The notes beneath the pieces were generated by a model, which searched no databases, was not told the DNA's origin, and was given only the letters and a program-made list of their open reading frames with translations. From Glaucostegus cemiculus (Eukaryota): a DNA stretch of 64,000 nt. Positions 52,709 to 64,000 of the stretch are shown piece after piece (positions within the stretch are counted from its first letter, which is position 1; every line of letters begins with the position of its first letter). A program made the position numbers and the translations under genes. Where the stretch lies: positions 5,828,001 to 5,892,000 of the forward strand of contig CDPCPM010000011.1 of assembly GCA_976551045.1 (NCBI GenBank), read 5' to 3'.

Positions 52709-52984
52709 AAGTTTCCGTTAAAACCTTATGAATGGATATGGGATAAAGGCATGCATATAGCTAGGTCACAGATTTGCGAAGCAATGGGCTCAAAGGCTCC
52801 TGTATCTATGTTTCTACAAAAGGAAAGAATGGGGTAATCACCATTTATTTTCTTGTACACTGGAGCCTGAACACCATGCAATATAAAGACAAGTGGCAAC
52901 TACTTTGGTTCTAATTTCAAATTATCTTACAGAAGATAGACCAGAGTCAACTGTGTTGCTGCAAAGTCAGAATTGTATCGAGCA

Positions 52985-53200
52985 GACCAGGTTAGGCTGG
53001 CAGACTGGTTTCTGTAATTGACATTATTTTACCAGGGTGGGGTGTTAGGCTTTGACAGCTTCATACTTACTTTCACTGATGCTCATGTTTTCTTTCCATT
53101 TATTTAAGCTGAATTCGGGTTCTTGTTATGATAAGAGTTGGCTCAAATTCTCAATTATTAGTCCAAACCACTGGATTACTCATCCAGCAACACAGCCATC
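52985..53200 (-). mobile_element. Old SINE-like element
   Basis: ggctggcagact...gacatt...ctgaattc...ctggattactcatccagcaacacagcca has the same layout as 37880-38190. Confidence 0.45.
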
Positions 53201-56200
53201 ATATTCACTTCTTGGTAGCTTGATCATCTTGGCGCAGCATATTAGTCTTAAAATGAAAATGCCTAACCAAATAGATCTTGGCTTACATTGTGCTACGTTG
53301 ATGATCATCAATAGCTGGGCTGTTTTCATTTATGACGCCAAAGGAATTGGGTACAAGACTTTCTTAGGCCAAATGGGTATCTAGGATGCCAAAGATTGGA
53401 GAATCCGCCATGTGAAAAATATAGTTGTGCCTCATTCTATTGCCAATTGCCCATGGATAAAGTGATGAAATCGTTTGCTGTAGCAAACAATGCATGCTCG
53501 CTACATCTGTGAAAGGCAGATTGACTGATGTTGCTGACATCCCCCATGGCAGTTTGGAACAGACCAAGCATAAACTCTATAGTGACCTTGACAGCCACTG
53601 AGAGTGCTGTCCATATGCTGAAGGTTGTCTGAGATCATTTTCCAGGAGATGGCATAAATCTGCCATTATTTCTCGCGTCGTTAGTCTCACATGTGTCAAA
53701 ATGGGTGTGCCTTGGTTTATGAAGAATAATGCATGGCATGAGCAGTCTGTGTTTGATGTAATCTTTCTTTCCTAAAGTCACTTCTTTCTGTTAATCACTT
53801 AACTGGGATTCTCATTGGGATGTGTGTGAAGGAAAGACTCTTATTTTATGTCCATTTTCAGGCATGTCAGTGTTTGACTAAACTTGACTGCTAAAATATC
53901 AGTCTGATTTCAGTCATCTCAAATTGGAGTCAACATTGATGCCAAAATCACTGGCTATTTCTTTCATTCAGACTTGCCATTCCTAAATCCAGCACAAGTG
54001 TCTGTCCGCATCCAATCTTCTCTGTTCTTGCCCTTCTGAATTTGCCAATAGTTTTTCACTGTTTCCTCACTAACACCAGTAGCACACGCTCATAAGGGTT
54101 TCTCATTCCTGGCTCTCCTGTACATACAGTATCGGTCGGTTGTCTAGTACAAGAAACATCAACCTTGGAGTCGCTGCATTCTCCTGACACCAGGCCAATG
54201 CTTTCACTCTTATTCTCAGCCTTAGCCTGACTTCTTTGCTCCCTGTCGAGTTCTATCCTGTGTCCATTTACAACTTCCTCATGGCCAATCTCTTTAAAAA
54301 ATCTGCCTTGATTTTTCTGCTTTCCTGGGTTCAGCCCCATACCTGCTTTCAGACCTCCAGTTTCTGTGACCACAGAGGTCCTCAGCTTGGGACACGATGA
54401 TAGTAACAGAATGTCCTCCACTTAGGGGAGGGATTTACTCAAAATTATAATCTGACCTTTATCCCCTTCCAGCCCCAGGTTCTGGAATCATTTGACATAA
54501 TGGGACTAGCACATCTACAATAAATATAGATTAATAAAAATACTGTGCCTTGATATTACATTGGATTAAATATACCATGCAATAAAATACAAAAAAAAAC
54601 CTCATCACACATAATGTTCTTGCAAGGCCTGTGTTAAATTTGAGAATACCTCTGATCAACAGACCAGTTACAGATGAAAAGGATTGACTGATAATCCGCC
54701 ACATAGGTTGTCATTTGTCCCAAACCAACCCATCTACGTTCAGCTCTAAAAATCACTGCTGACAACCAGAATGCATCAAAGCCTAATGTCTTCTCCCTGT
54801 GCACTTGAGCAAATTTCATGGCAAGTTTCATGTGCTAGTTTGAACTATTCTATCTCCCTTTGCAGGATTTATCTCTGAAACAATATCCCCAGAGACAATC
54901 TCACCATCAGGATTCCTTTCTAACATCAATATATTGCCAAGAACTGTAACTGTTATCAACATTCTTTTAGTTGTTTTTTTCCAAGTACTGAGAGAAAATG
55001 GCAGCATTGGGGATATTGGATCTTTATGTGCAGTGCTTATCACTAAGGATGTTGCTCATTGCCACTTATTTCATATCCGAATCTTCATGCCTCTGCATCT
55101 CTACATTTTTCACTGGAAACCCACATACATTCTGCTCCTTAAGCACTCCTGGAGTCTCTCCCACTTCATAACTGCCTGCAAACTTTATCCTTGGTTCATC
55201 TGTGCCACGTGACTTTAAAACATCACCGTCCCACCTCAGCAACTCTAACGAACTTCTAACCTTCTATCAGACTGTTTTTCACCCAAGGTCCATTGTGACA
55301 TAATATATCTTAATGTTTGCCACACTCTTGTTATCAGAGTTCCTCACATATCCATTTTTATATGCACTTTAATGACTGCACCAGACATAAGCTGTGTATT
55401 CTTGTCCCTTTGTATTTCTTGACGTGCTCTGGGCTTGTCTTCATGGTTTCCTTCTACAATTAGCGAGCCTTGTGCTCGGTGGTGTTGTATCTCTGCTGGG
55501 CTGGTTTTATCCAGGGCTCCCAAAGTTTCAACTTACCTTATTAAACAGTAATGAAATTTGTTACAATTACAAAAAGCTAGAATAAATGAATGAATGAAAC
55601 TGAGTCTCCAACATCATTGTCATAGTCTGAAGAATGAGCTCATAGTGCTTGCTGCCTGACTACTGGCCCATTCATTCTATCACCTTTGTGACTGCTTACT
55701 CAAGGGAAACAGGACTTAATATGGACCCATTGACCCACCATATCTTGTCATTAGCTTCAATCTCTATGTCCCACCTGTTGCTACCATCCTGTGAAGAGCA
55801 TATCAAATATAAATCCAGGGATCAGATTCCCATTCCCAGTTAGGCCATCTTGCTGCTTGGTTTCTGCAGTAATCTCCTTGCTAGTATCTCCTATTTTATG
55901 CATCATCAATCATATTCATTTATAGCTGCATAGTTCAAATCCTGTCAGATGTGACTGTATCATTGGTGTGCCACTTCAGGTGAGATTCTCTGTCATTTCT
56001 TCTGTTCAGAAGCTCCCTTTCTGAACACCTTTGATGTTCTATATTTTTGCTGCTTTCAGGAGCCTTCTCCAAATGTCACTTTTGTCACCTGCACTGTGTC
56101 CTGCCCTGTCACAAAGCCTCACACAACCTGACATAAAATTAAACACTTCTTTTTCAGTCTTGGCTGAGCATATCTGGTACATGCTTCCACTCTGAATATC

Positions 56201-56351
56201 TTCCCTCCAACATCTGTCTCTGCCTTGCTCTCAATTGTTTTTCCTCTACATTGCCAATGATGAAGTGACCATTCTTCCCTTGAATGTTGTTGTCTTGTTG
56301 TTTCTAATTTCCAAATGCATTAGAACACACACCTTGATGAATCCCTGCTGT

Positions 56352-57296
56352 AATGAAATCTACAAGTTTGCAGATGATACCACCATTGTAGGCTGTATCT
56401 TAAACAGCGATGACTCAGAGTACAGGAAGGAGATAGAGAGCTAAGTGGAATGGTGTCATGACAACAACCTTTCCCTCAATGTCAACAAAACAAAAGAGCT
56501 GGTCATTGACTTCAGGAAAAGGGGCGGTGTACATGCACCTGTCTACTTCAATGATGCTGAGGTCGATAGGGTTGAGAGCTTTAAGTTCATGGGAGTGAAC
56601 ATCACCAACAGCCTGTCCTGGTCAAATCATGCAGATGCCACGGCAAAGAAAGCTCACCATTGCCTCTGCCTCCTCAGGAGGCTAAAGAAATTAAATTTGT
56701 TTGCTTTGACTCTCACCAACTTTTACTGATGCACCATAGAAAGCACCCTATCTGGATGTATCATGGCTTGGTACGGCAACCGCTCTGCCCAGGACTGCAA
56801 GAAACTGCAGAGAGTTATGGACACAGCCCAGTGCATCACGGACACCAGCCTCCCCTCCTTGGACTCTTTACTTCTCATTGTCTTGGTGAAGCAACTGGCA
56901 TAATCAAAGACCCCACCCACCCGGGACATTCACTCTCTTCTCTCCTCTTCCATCGGGTAGAAGATACAGGAGCCTGCGGGCACATACCACCAGACTTAAG
57001 GACAACTTCTACCCCACTGTGATAAGACTATTGAACGGTTCCCTTATACAATGAGATGGACTATGACCTCATGATCTACCTTGTTGTGACCTTGCACCTT
57101 ATTGCACCGCACTTTCTCTGTAGCTGTAATGCTTTACTCTGTACTGTTATTGTTTTTGCCTGTACTACCTCTGTGCACTCGGTACTAACTCATTGTAACT
57201 GCACTGTGTAATGAATTGACCTGTACGATCGGTTTGTAAGACAAGCTTTTCACTGTACCTCGGTACATGTGACAATAATAAACCAATACCGATACC
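56352..57296 (+). mobile_element. Rex1/Babar-clade LINE, 5'-truncated, complete 3' end
   Basis: YKFADDTTIVG..EYRKEIES*VEWCHDNNLSLNVNKTKELVIDFRK..VESFKF..LRRLKK..FY*CTIES..AWYGN. The 3' UTR ends ttttcactgtacctcggtacatgtgacaataataaaccaatacc. Confidence 0.95.
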
Positions 57297-60200
57297 ACTT
57301 TGCTTCCAACAATTCTCACCCAAATCATTCTTGCCCAGGAACTGAAAGCAGTTCAGTTCTCTGCCCCTTCATTCTTTTTTGCCATTAATCAGATACCTGA
57401 TGAATCAAAATGTGGCATCATAACTTCTTGGTCAAATTGTGACTCAATTTTCTCTCTAAGGATTCCACTATCGAACCAAGTGTACAATCCAGAAAAGCCA
57501 GCGATTCTGTCTCTACAAAGTACACTAAAGTTTCTGGTGATTTGCAAGGTAGCAATTAAATAAGTCCTCCGCCAACATCCAGGCACTGTAAACTTCAGAG
57601 TGCCAATATGAATGATTGAAAAAATGAGGCTAAATTCTGCATAGACCAGGATTTTGCATGCAGCCATGGTGCAAGGGCACTTGACATGGAGCCCAAGGGA
57701 AGTTTCCCACAAAGACATCATATTGTCAAGGACAGTTGTGGTCAGGCTTCAGTTCAAATGGGTCTCTGGCATCCAGCAACAATGATATCATCAGACCAAG
57801 CAATTAACCCACTGAAGGGGGTCTCACAACAAATTAAGCAGAGAATTTTCAGATCAATTTATAAACATGTTATCGATAGCAAAGTACAGAGTAAATTTAC
57901 AGGAGATTACAGCAGAATTTGAAATATAAACAAATGTGTTTTAAGAAAGTATTTATTCTTTTAAAATGCAAAAAGTTTTGAAATATGAAGGAATGACAAT
58001 CCATATAATTAAAATTATGTTTTTGAGGCCGGAGAGGTCATTAAATTGAAATTTCAAAATGGTTGTCATTTGTTAAAAAGCACCTAAATCTCATGCAATA
58101 AAGCATAATATTTTCAGGGATTTAGTGTGAGAATCATTGCTAAGTACTTGACATTCTCATTGGGTCACTGAATTTTGCAGTTTCTGCCAAAGAAGGCAGC
58201 AAAACAAGGCACCCTGTGCAGAAACAGGGTAGTACTGTCAGGGATGTCTGGAGTTCCCCATTTACTGTGCATCTGTGTACTCCAGAAGTACACATCAAAT
58301 TTCTTCCCCCGTTATCCTCATCATTATTTCTCCCCTAATGTTCCAGTACAATAATATCTAATATCTTGATACTCCAATCCCTGGTTCACAAGCTAAGATC
58401 TTTCAAAGGGAATTTATTTCATGCAGACTGAAGCATGAACGTATACTGTTTAAAACAACTTTCAAAAACTAATTAAATTATCCAAATCTGCTTTTAGTTG
58501 GAAAGATGCCAAAATAAGTTTAGCAAACGAGAAACTTTAACGTGCTGGACGGGCTCAATAATTCATCATTACACAGTAAGCCAGTGATGGTTTTAGCTAT
58601 GGGCTTGCCACAAGGAAATTTGCTGGAACACCAGTAAAGTCCAACTGGTCCTTCAAAACAGTTTTGCTTAAGACATACTTAAATTATTCAGCATTATGAT
58701 TAGATGATAGTTATACAACAGTACTGGAGAAATTGTGCAATTTCAGTTATGAACATTGAATCAAGATAAGTAGACTGTAGAGGATATAGACCATGCAGAG
58801 GCTAGGTTGCTGCACAAATATGGGCGTTAGGACAACCTTTTCCTTATTACATGCACCTTGTTACAAGTTCTTTGCATCTTGTCAGAGTGCAATGAATTTG
58901 CAAGTGAGGGGCAGGCTCTCCTGTGTCTGGAGATGATCAGGAATGAGTAAAAAGCCAGCATCATACCCAACTCTGACTCAGTCATCTATGGCACGTCATT
59001 GGACCCCAAACCTTGAAGCTTGCTTACATGAAGCCTAGCTGGTCCTTAAAAGGCAAAACTTAATTACATGAGACTGGCTTCTGAGTTATAAATGTATTCA
59101 AAACAAACCATCAAACCCATTCCATTCACAGACAGTGAATTATCCACTCCATCGTACATTTTCATTAAGCTATTTAAATACCTTTGAGGAAACATTTCTT
59201 ACTCAATCTCAAACAATGCTTCAGGACATCTTTTCAAACTTACAATCCTGAATACTGTCCTGCTAACTATTTATATTTTTCAAATAATGTTTCCCAACAT
59301 TCCAAACTGTTCCCTCAAACATCAACCAGCTATCTTTATTTTAACTTATTGTAGGAATCGCAATCACACTTCAAACCAAATAATCATCTGGTACTTTCTA
59401 CATTTGTAAAAAAAACAGGATCGGGTGATGTGTCCAGAAATCTACATCAAGGATCCATTATCTTATTGGGGACAGGGGATTTTCTGTCTATTTTTGGAAC
59501 TTGCTTCAGGGTTCATGAGTCAAACTTACCGCTAGTCATCTTGGGATACCAATTCAAAAGTAGCACAGGTAATATTCAGGGGGAAAAGCTTCCGTCCTAG
59601 CTAGGAATGGTGCTTAATGTTGCAGAATATTTAAACAGGAATTTAATCAAATAGAAATTTACTGTGCAAGATAAATTAAATAATTCATCATAGAGAGCAG
59701 CCAAGCCTACACTGCAGTCAGTTCAAAGAGGATTCAATTTATGTGTTTCTAGTCATACAACAGCTTTTTCTTCAATGATAGAGAATATAGGTGAGGAGTC
59801 AAAACCAAAATACCAAGACTGATAAGTAGAAAAGATAGAATTAGAGATGCTGTCACTTGCCATTCAGTACCGTCAAATAACTATTCCAGGTAAAGCTAAT
59901 TATCAGTTGGATCAATGTTTGTGCATGTTGCAAGAAACATGGTTAAAAATGAAGATTACATCATAATAAATCTGTTTTTTTGTACAATTCCTTGATAGTA
60001 AATAATTACTGTGAAGAGTTTAGTGACTTGAACAAAATCTTAGTGACGAACTGCTGGAAAATTAACAGCCATGAAAGCATTTAAATTTTCATCTTGGAAG
60101 AATAGATATGTCATATTTCATGCTGTATAATTGCCAGCATCAGTATTGATAGAAGTGGGCCAAGTAATCAATTGAAATGTTGAAATGCTCTCAGCAAATG

Positions 60201-61273
60201 TGTTAAATAGTCCATCAATGGATATTGTCAGTTCCCAACTAACAGAAGACTCACAGTTTACCTTCAGGAAAATTAATTTTAAGAGTAAATGCCTTTGGAT
60301 TGTTGACAATAAGCACAGAAATATTTTTGGATCATATTGCTCATTTCTTGTCACTGAATTCCTGTTTCGACGTTGGAGTACATCGCCAGTGTGGTGAAAA
60401 TAACAAATTGGGAGAGGCTTATTTTAATTGTTACATGGTTTTGATAAGTGTAGCTTTGATGACACACCTGTCTGAAAATCGAAGACCTAAACAAACAAGA
60501 TGTTGACCTAAATAGTCCTGCAAGTGAAACTTCATTTACGTGAAATATAAATGGATACTCATCAATTTCTAAAATAACTTAATAATATTCATTAATGTCC
60601 TGTACTATTAGTTATTGATATTACCATCAGATCTCCTTCGGTGTTGCAAGTTTCATGATATGCCATTTTATAACAAGAGTGTAGTATCAATACCAATAAT
60701 ATGTACCTACATTATACCATTATTACAAGATACCTTTATTTAAAGAGGCCATTTTCCTTGAAGCCACAAAATAAAATGGGCTATACTTAAGACAATTTGA
60801 ATTTGGTGAGGGATGATAATGTTAAGAAAGCTTAAGAATTCCTTGATCCTGCTCATGAAAACCAAGGGAAGCATTTCTTAACTTTTCACATTTAAAAACT
60901 TCCACAATGGATAGATGGATTAAAAGATGAGTGGATAGAAAGATGTTTGTGATAATGAAGAAGTATTAATGACTGGCTATCTGGAATGTGTTCACCATAA
61001 ACTCTCACTAGAAGAATATCCTGTGATTTACTGCTTACATTCCAAGAGGATACAGCTTGTCTCTTTTTACCCCTTTCAATTCAAAGAATTTTGAACTGAA
61101 TTCTCCAATTAGTTAAATTAAACAGTGGAAATAACATTTCAAAATGAAAAGTTAATGCTGAACAGTTTGATTCATTGGATTATTTAAATTAAGATTCTTG
61201 ATGCTTTTGCTTAATCATGACTCTACCACTTAGTGTTTACACAGAAACTGCTGGAAATTAGTCTGACAACAAG

Positions 61274-61308
61274 AGTTAATGTTTCAGGTCAATGACCTTT
61301 CATCAGAA
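61274..61308 (-). ncRNA. Minimal type I hammerhead-ribozyme-like motif in a remnant (about 61240-61308) of the self-complementary element
   Basis: Minus strand reads tt-CTGATGA-a-aggtc-att-gacct-GAAA-c-att-aact: conserved CUGAUGA and GAAA boxes around a perfect 5-bp stem II. Stems I and III are weak, so activity is doubtful. Confidence 0.6.
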
Positions 61309-62227
61309 TAAGACTCTGCTTGATCAGAACACAAGTACCAAATGCTGTGAGGAATACTTACTTCTAACTTGGCACCGAGTAAGACCAGTATTGACAAAAT
61401 AGTCTCGTTGTTAAAGCCTTGTCTGGAATTAGTAAATCCTAACGATGAAACAAATTTAGATTTTGTTTCATTCTTCTCAAAAAAATTAGAAAAATAAGTT
61501 TTGCTTTTGAATTAGCAATTATCCAGCAGAATATTTCAATCGTATCTAAATAGCAAAACAGTAGAAAAAACAAGGAATAAAAGAGGAAATATTTGAGATT
61601 TTTTTGAAAAGTAATTTCTTTTGATGCAGAAATCAGTACGGAGATCTGGGACAGGTTGTAGTTATTGTCTTTCAAGTAAACTCTTCTTACGAGTTTGAGA
61701 ATTTCTCTTTTTTATTGTTACATTTGCTGACAGGACATCTAGTCCCCAATACACTTTTCAAAAAAGTAATTTAATGTGCAAGGAGGATTGAAGTTACTGT
61801 GGGTAAGCTGTGTTTATTCATCCTATGCCTTATTTTACAACTGATCTCCTGTGCCAGTTCCTCACTGGACTTCTGCAGAGGTACTTTAGATAACTATGTG
61901 TCAAATTATTCCTCATGAGAGACTGCAGTGAGAGAGTTGGATGAGATGTGCTGTTCATTGGAATATTTCTGGCAAAGACTGCAACAATATTCTGTGAGTT
62001 GCTTGTATCATAACCACATATATTCAGTGTAAATTTATAGATGACAGCAAACTCCTGTGAGGAAGGCCTCAGCATTTCAGATGAATTGTTTGCATGTCAG
62101 AGCTGCAGGAACAGCTGTAAATCAGCTAATGTAATCTTATATTAAGCTAGGAATGCGTAATCTGGAACTGGAGTTGAAGTAAACTTGTCTAAAATACAAT
62201 TCAAACACTTCTAGTGGTCACAAACTT

Positions 62228-62485
62228 GAGTAAGGAGCAGGAATAGTCATATCATAGCTGATACCATTGTAAACGCAGCTCTGTGTTCCTATTTCTCCAC
62301 AGTAACCTTTCACCTGCTTGCTTATCAAGAATCCAACTACCCTTGCCTTATAATATATCCATAGATTCTACTTCTTCAAATGGCAGTGGAATGGAGATAC
62401 AAAGATTCACAATCCTTGAAGACAAAAAAATTGCCTCATTTCTCTTTTTGATTGGACACCCCTTATTTTTACGTGGTGACCCTAA
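62228..62485 (-). mobile_element. Old CR1 3' fragment
   Basis: Antisense tail aggagcaggaatag...tcatagctgat and caaagattcacaatcctt. Confidence 0.7.
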
Positions 62486-62507
62486 GTATTATGGAGTCAG
62501 AGAGAGA

Positions 62508-63990
62508 GCATGAAAACACGTCCTTCAGCCCACCGATTCATGGAACATAGAACAGTACAGCATTGTAACGGGCCCATTGTCCCACCACGTCTGCACTGAC
62601 TGTGACTGCATCTGCCACCACATGGTCTGTAAGCCTCTACTCTCAGCCTGTTTGTGCTTCTGTCTAAATGCCTCTTGCAATTTGCTATTGTATCTGTGTC
62701 TAGCACCTCCCCTGGCAGCATGTTCCAACCACCTACCATACTCTGTAAAAAAGAACTTGCCTCACAAATCTCCTTTAAACTTTCCCACTTTCACCTTAAA
62801 CCAGTGCCCTCTAGTATTTGATTTTACCACCCTGGGAAAAAGACTATCGACCTTATCTATGCCTCATAATTTTATACACTCCATCAGGTTGTCTTTTAGC
62901 CTGCAGAGCTCCAGAGAAAACAACTCAAGTTTATCCAACTTCTCCTTTTAACTAATACTTTCAATCCAGGCAATATCCTGGTGAACCTTTTCTGCACCCT
63001 CTCCATAACCTCCACATCCTTTCTAAGGGTGGTGACCAGAACTGTACACAATACTCCAAATGAGGCCTAACTAACATTTTATACAGCTGCAAAGTGACCT
63101 GCTGACTTTTATACTCAATGCACCCCCACTGATGAAGGCAAGCATATTATACAACCTTTTAACTACCATATCCACTTGTATTGCCAGAACTTGCACCCCA
63201 GGATCCCTTTGCTTCAAAGGGTCCTGCCATTTACTGTATACTTACCTCTTCCATTGGACCTTCCAAAATGCCTTACCTCATATCTGTCTGTATTAAACAC
63301 CGCCTGCTGTTTCTCTTCCCAAATGTCTGCTGTATCCTTTGACAACCTTCCTCACTATCCACAACTCCGCCAATTTTCATGTTGTCTGCAAACTTAATAA
63401 TCAGACCACCTGCATTTTCATCCAGATCATTTATATATATCACAAATTACAGAGCACCCAGCACTGATCCTTGTGGAACACCACTGGCCACAGACCTTCA
63501 GTCATGGAAAAGCACCTCCACTACTACTCTTTGTCATTTGTAACCAAGCCAATTTTATATCCAGTTTACTACCTCACTGTCGATCCCATGTGAATTAATC
63601 TTCTGGATCAGCCTGCCATGAGGGAGCTCGTCAACCTCCTCTGCCCTACCTTCATCAATGATCTTTGTCACTTCCTCAATAAACTCAAATTTGTGAGACA
63701 GGTGCCTTCCCTGCACAAAGTCAAGCTGATAGTCCCAAATAAGTCCATATTTTTCCAAATGCAAGTAAATTCTATCCCTAAGAATCTTCTCCCAATAATT
63801 TCCCTACGTCTGATGCAAGCTTCACTGGCCTATAATCTCTTGGTTCATCCCTGTTACCTTTATTAAACAAAGGAGCAACATTGGCTCCTTTCCAGTCTCC
63901 CTCATCTGGTTAAAGAGGATGCAAAGGTCTCAGCCAATGCACAGCAATCTCCTCCCTTGCCTCCCTCAGTATCCTGGGATAGATTCTATC
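62508..63990 (-). mobile_element. CR1 LINE ORF2 fragment (1.45 kb) with a second short CR1 tail at 62508-62541
   Basis: Antisense tail gaacatagaacagtacagca, then [39 protein letters not shown] and EEVTKIIDEGRA, continuing to the window end. Confidence 0.95.
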
Positions 63991-64000
63991 ATTTTCTGGA

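Larger units (their letters stand above)
50860..52815 (+). mobile_element. Old CR1 LINE carrying two SINE insertions
   Basis: IPLKWKTA..TPLFRNGKR at about 51695, FEELTK at about 51835, FYTQSVITIWNSLP at about 52395, and a tail remnant at about 52790. Confidence 0.75.

Noticed and set aside
334-63866. Remaining 60-140 aa ORFs in the track
   Set aside because: No recognisable domains, many begin at non-ATG codons, and the lengths are as expected by chance or from antisense repeat sequence.

Overview
This is AT-rich, CpG-depleted vertebrate DNA. The repeat content (HE1/V-SINEs, HER1-type CR1 tails, Deu-domain SINEs, Rex1/Babar, RTE and L1 fragments) points to a cartilaginous fish, probably a ray or sawfish (inference). 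I cannot identify a host protein-coding gene, so the window looks intronic or intergenic. The only ORFs with recognisable products are broken LINE reverse transcriptases. The long ORFs at 25.8-26.8 kb are artefacts of a 28-bp minisatellite. The most notable observations are: (1) a family of short self-complementary elements carrying a minimal hammerhead-ribozyme core, with a compensatory base-pair change between copies and a target-site duplication on one copy; (2) V-SINEs with the same core but two different LINE-derived tails, with both putative partner LINEs present in the window; (3) a short segment inside a SINE that is copied from unique DNA about 1.1 kb away; (4) a 5'-truncated L1 with a perfect 15-bp TSD; (5) several nested insertions, two candidate small exons and some CpG-retaining unique blocks. 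Family names come from my recognition of consensus motifs, not database searches, and boundaries of decayed repeats are approximate.
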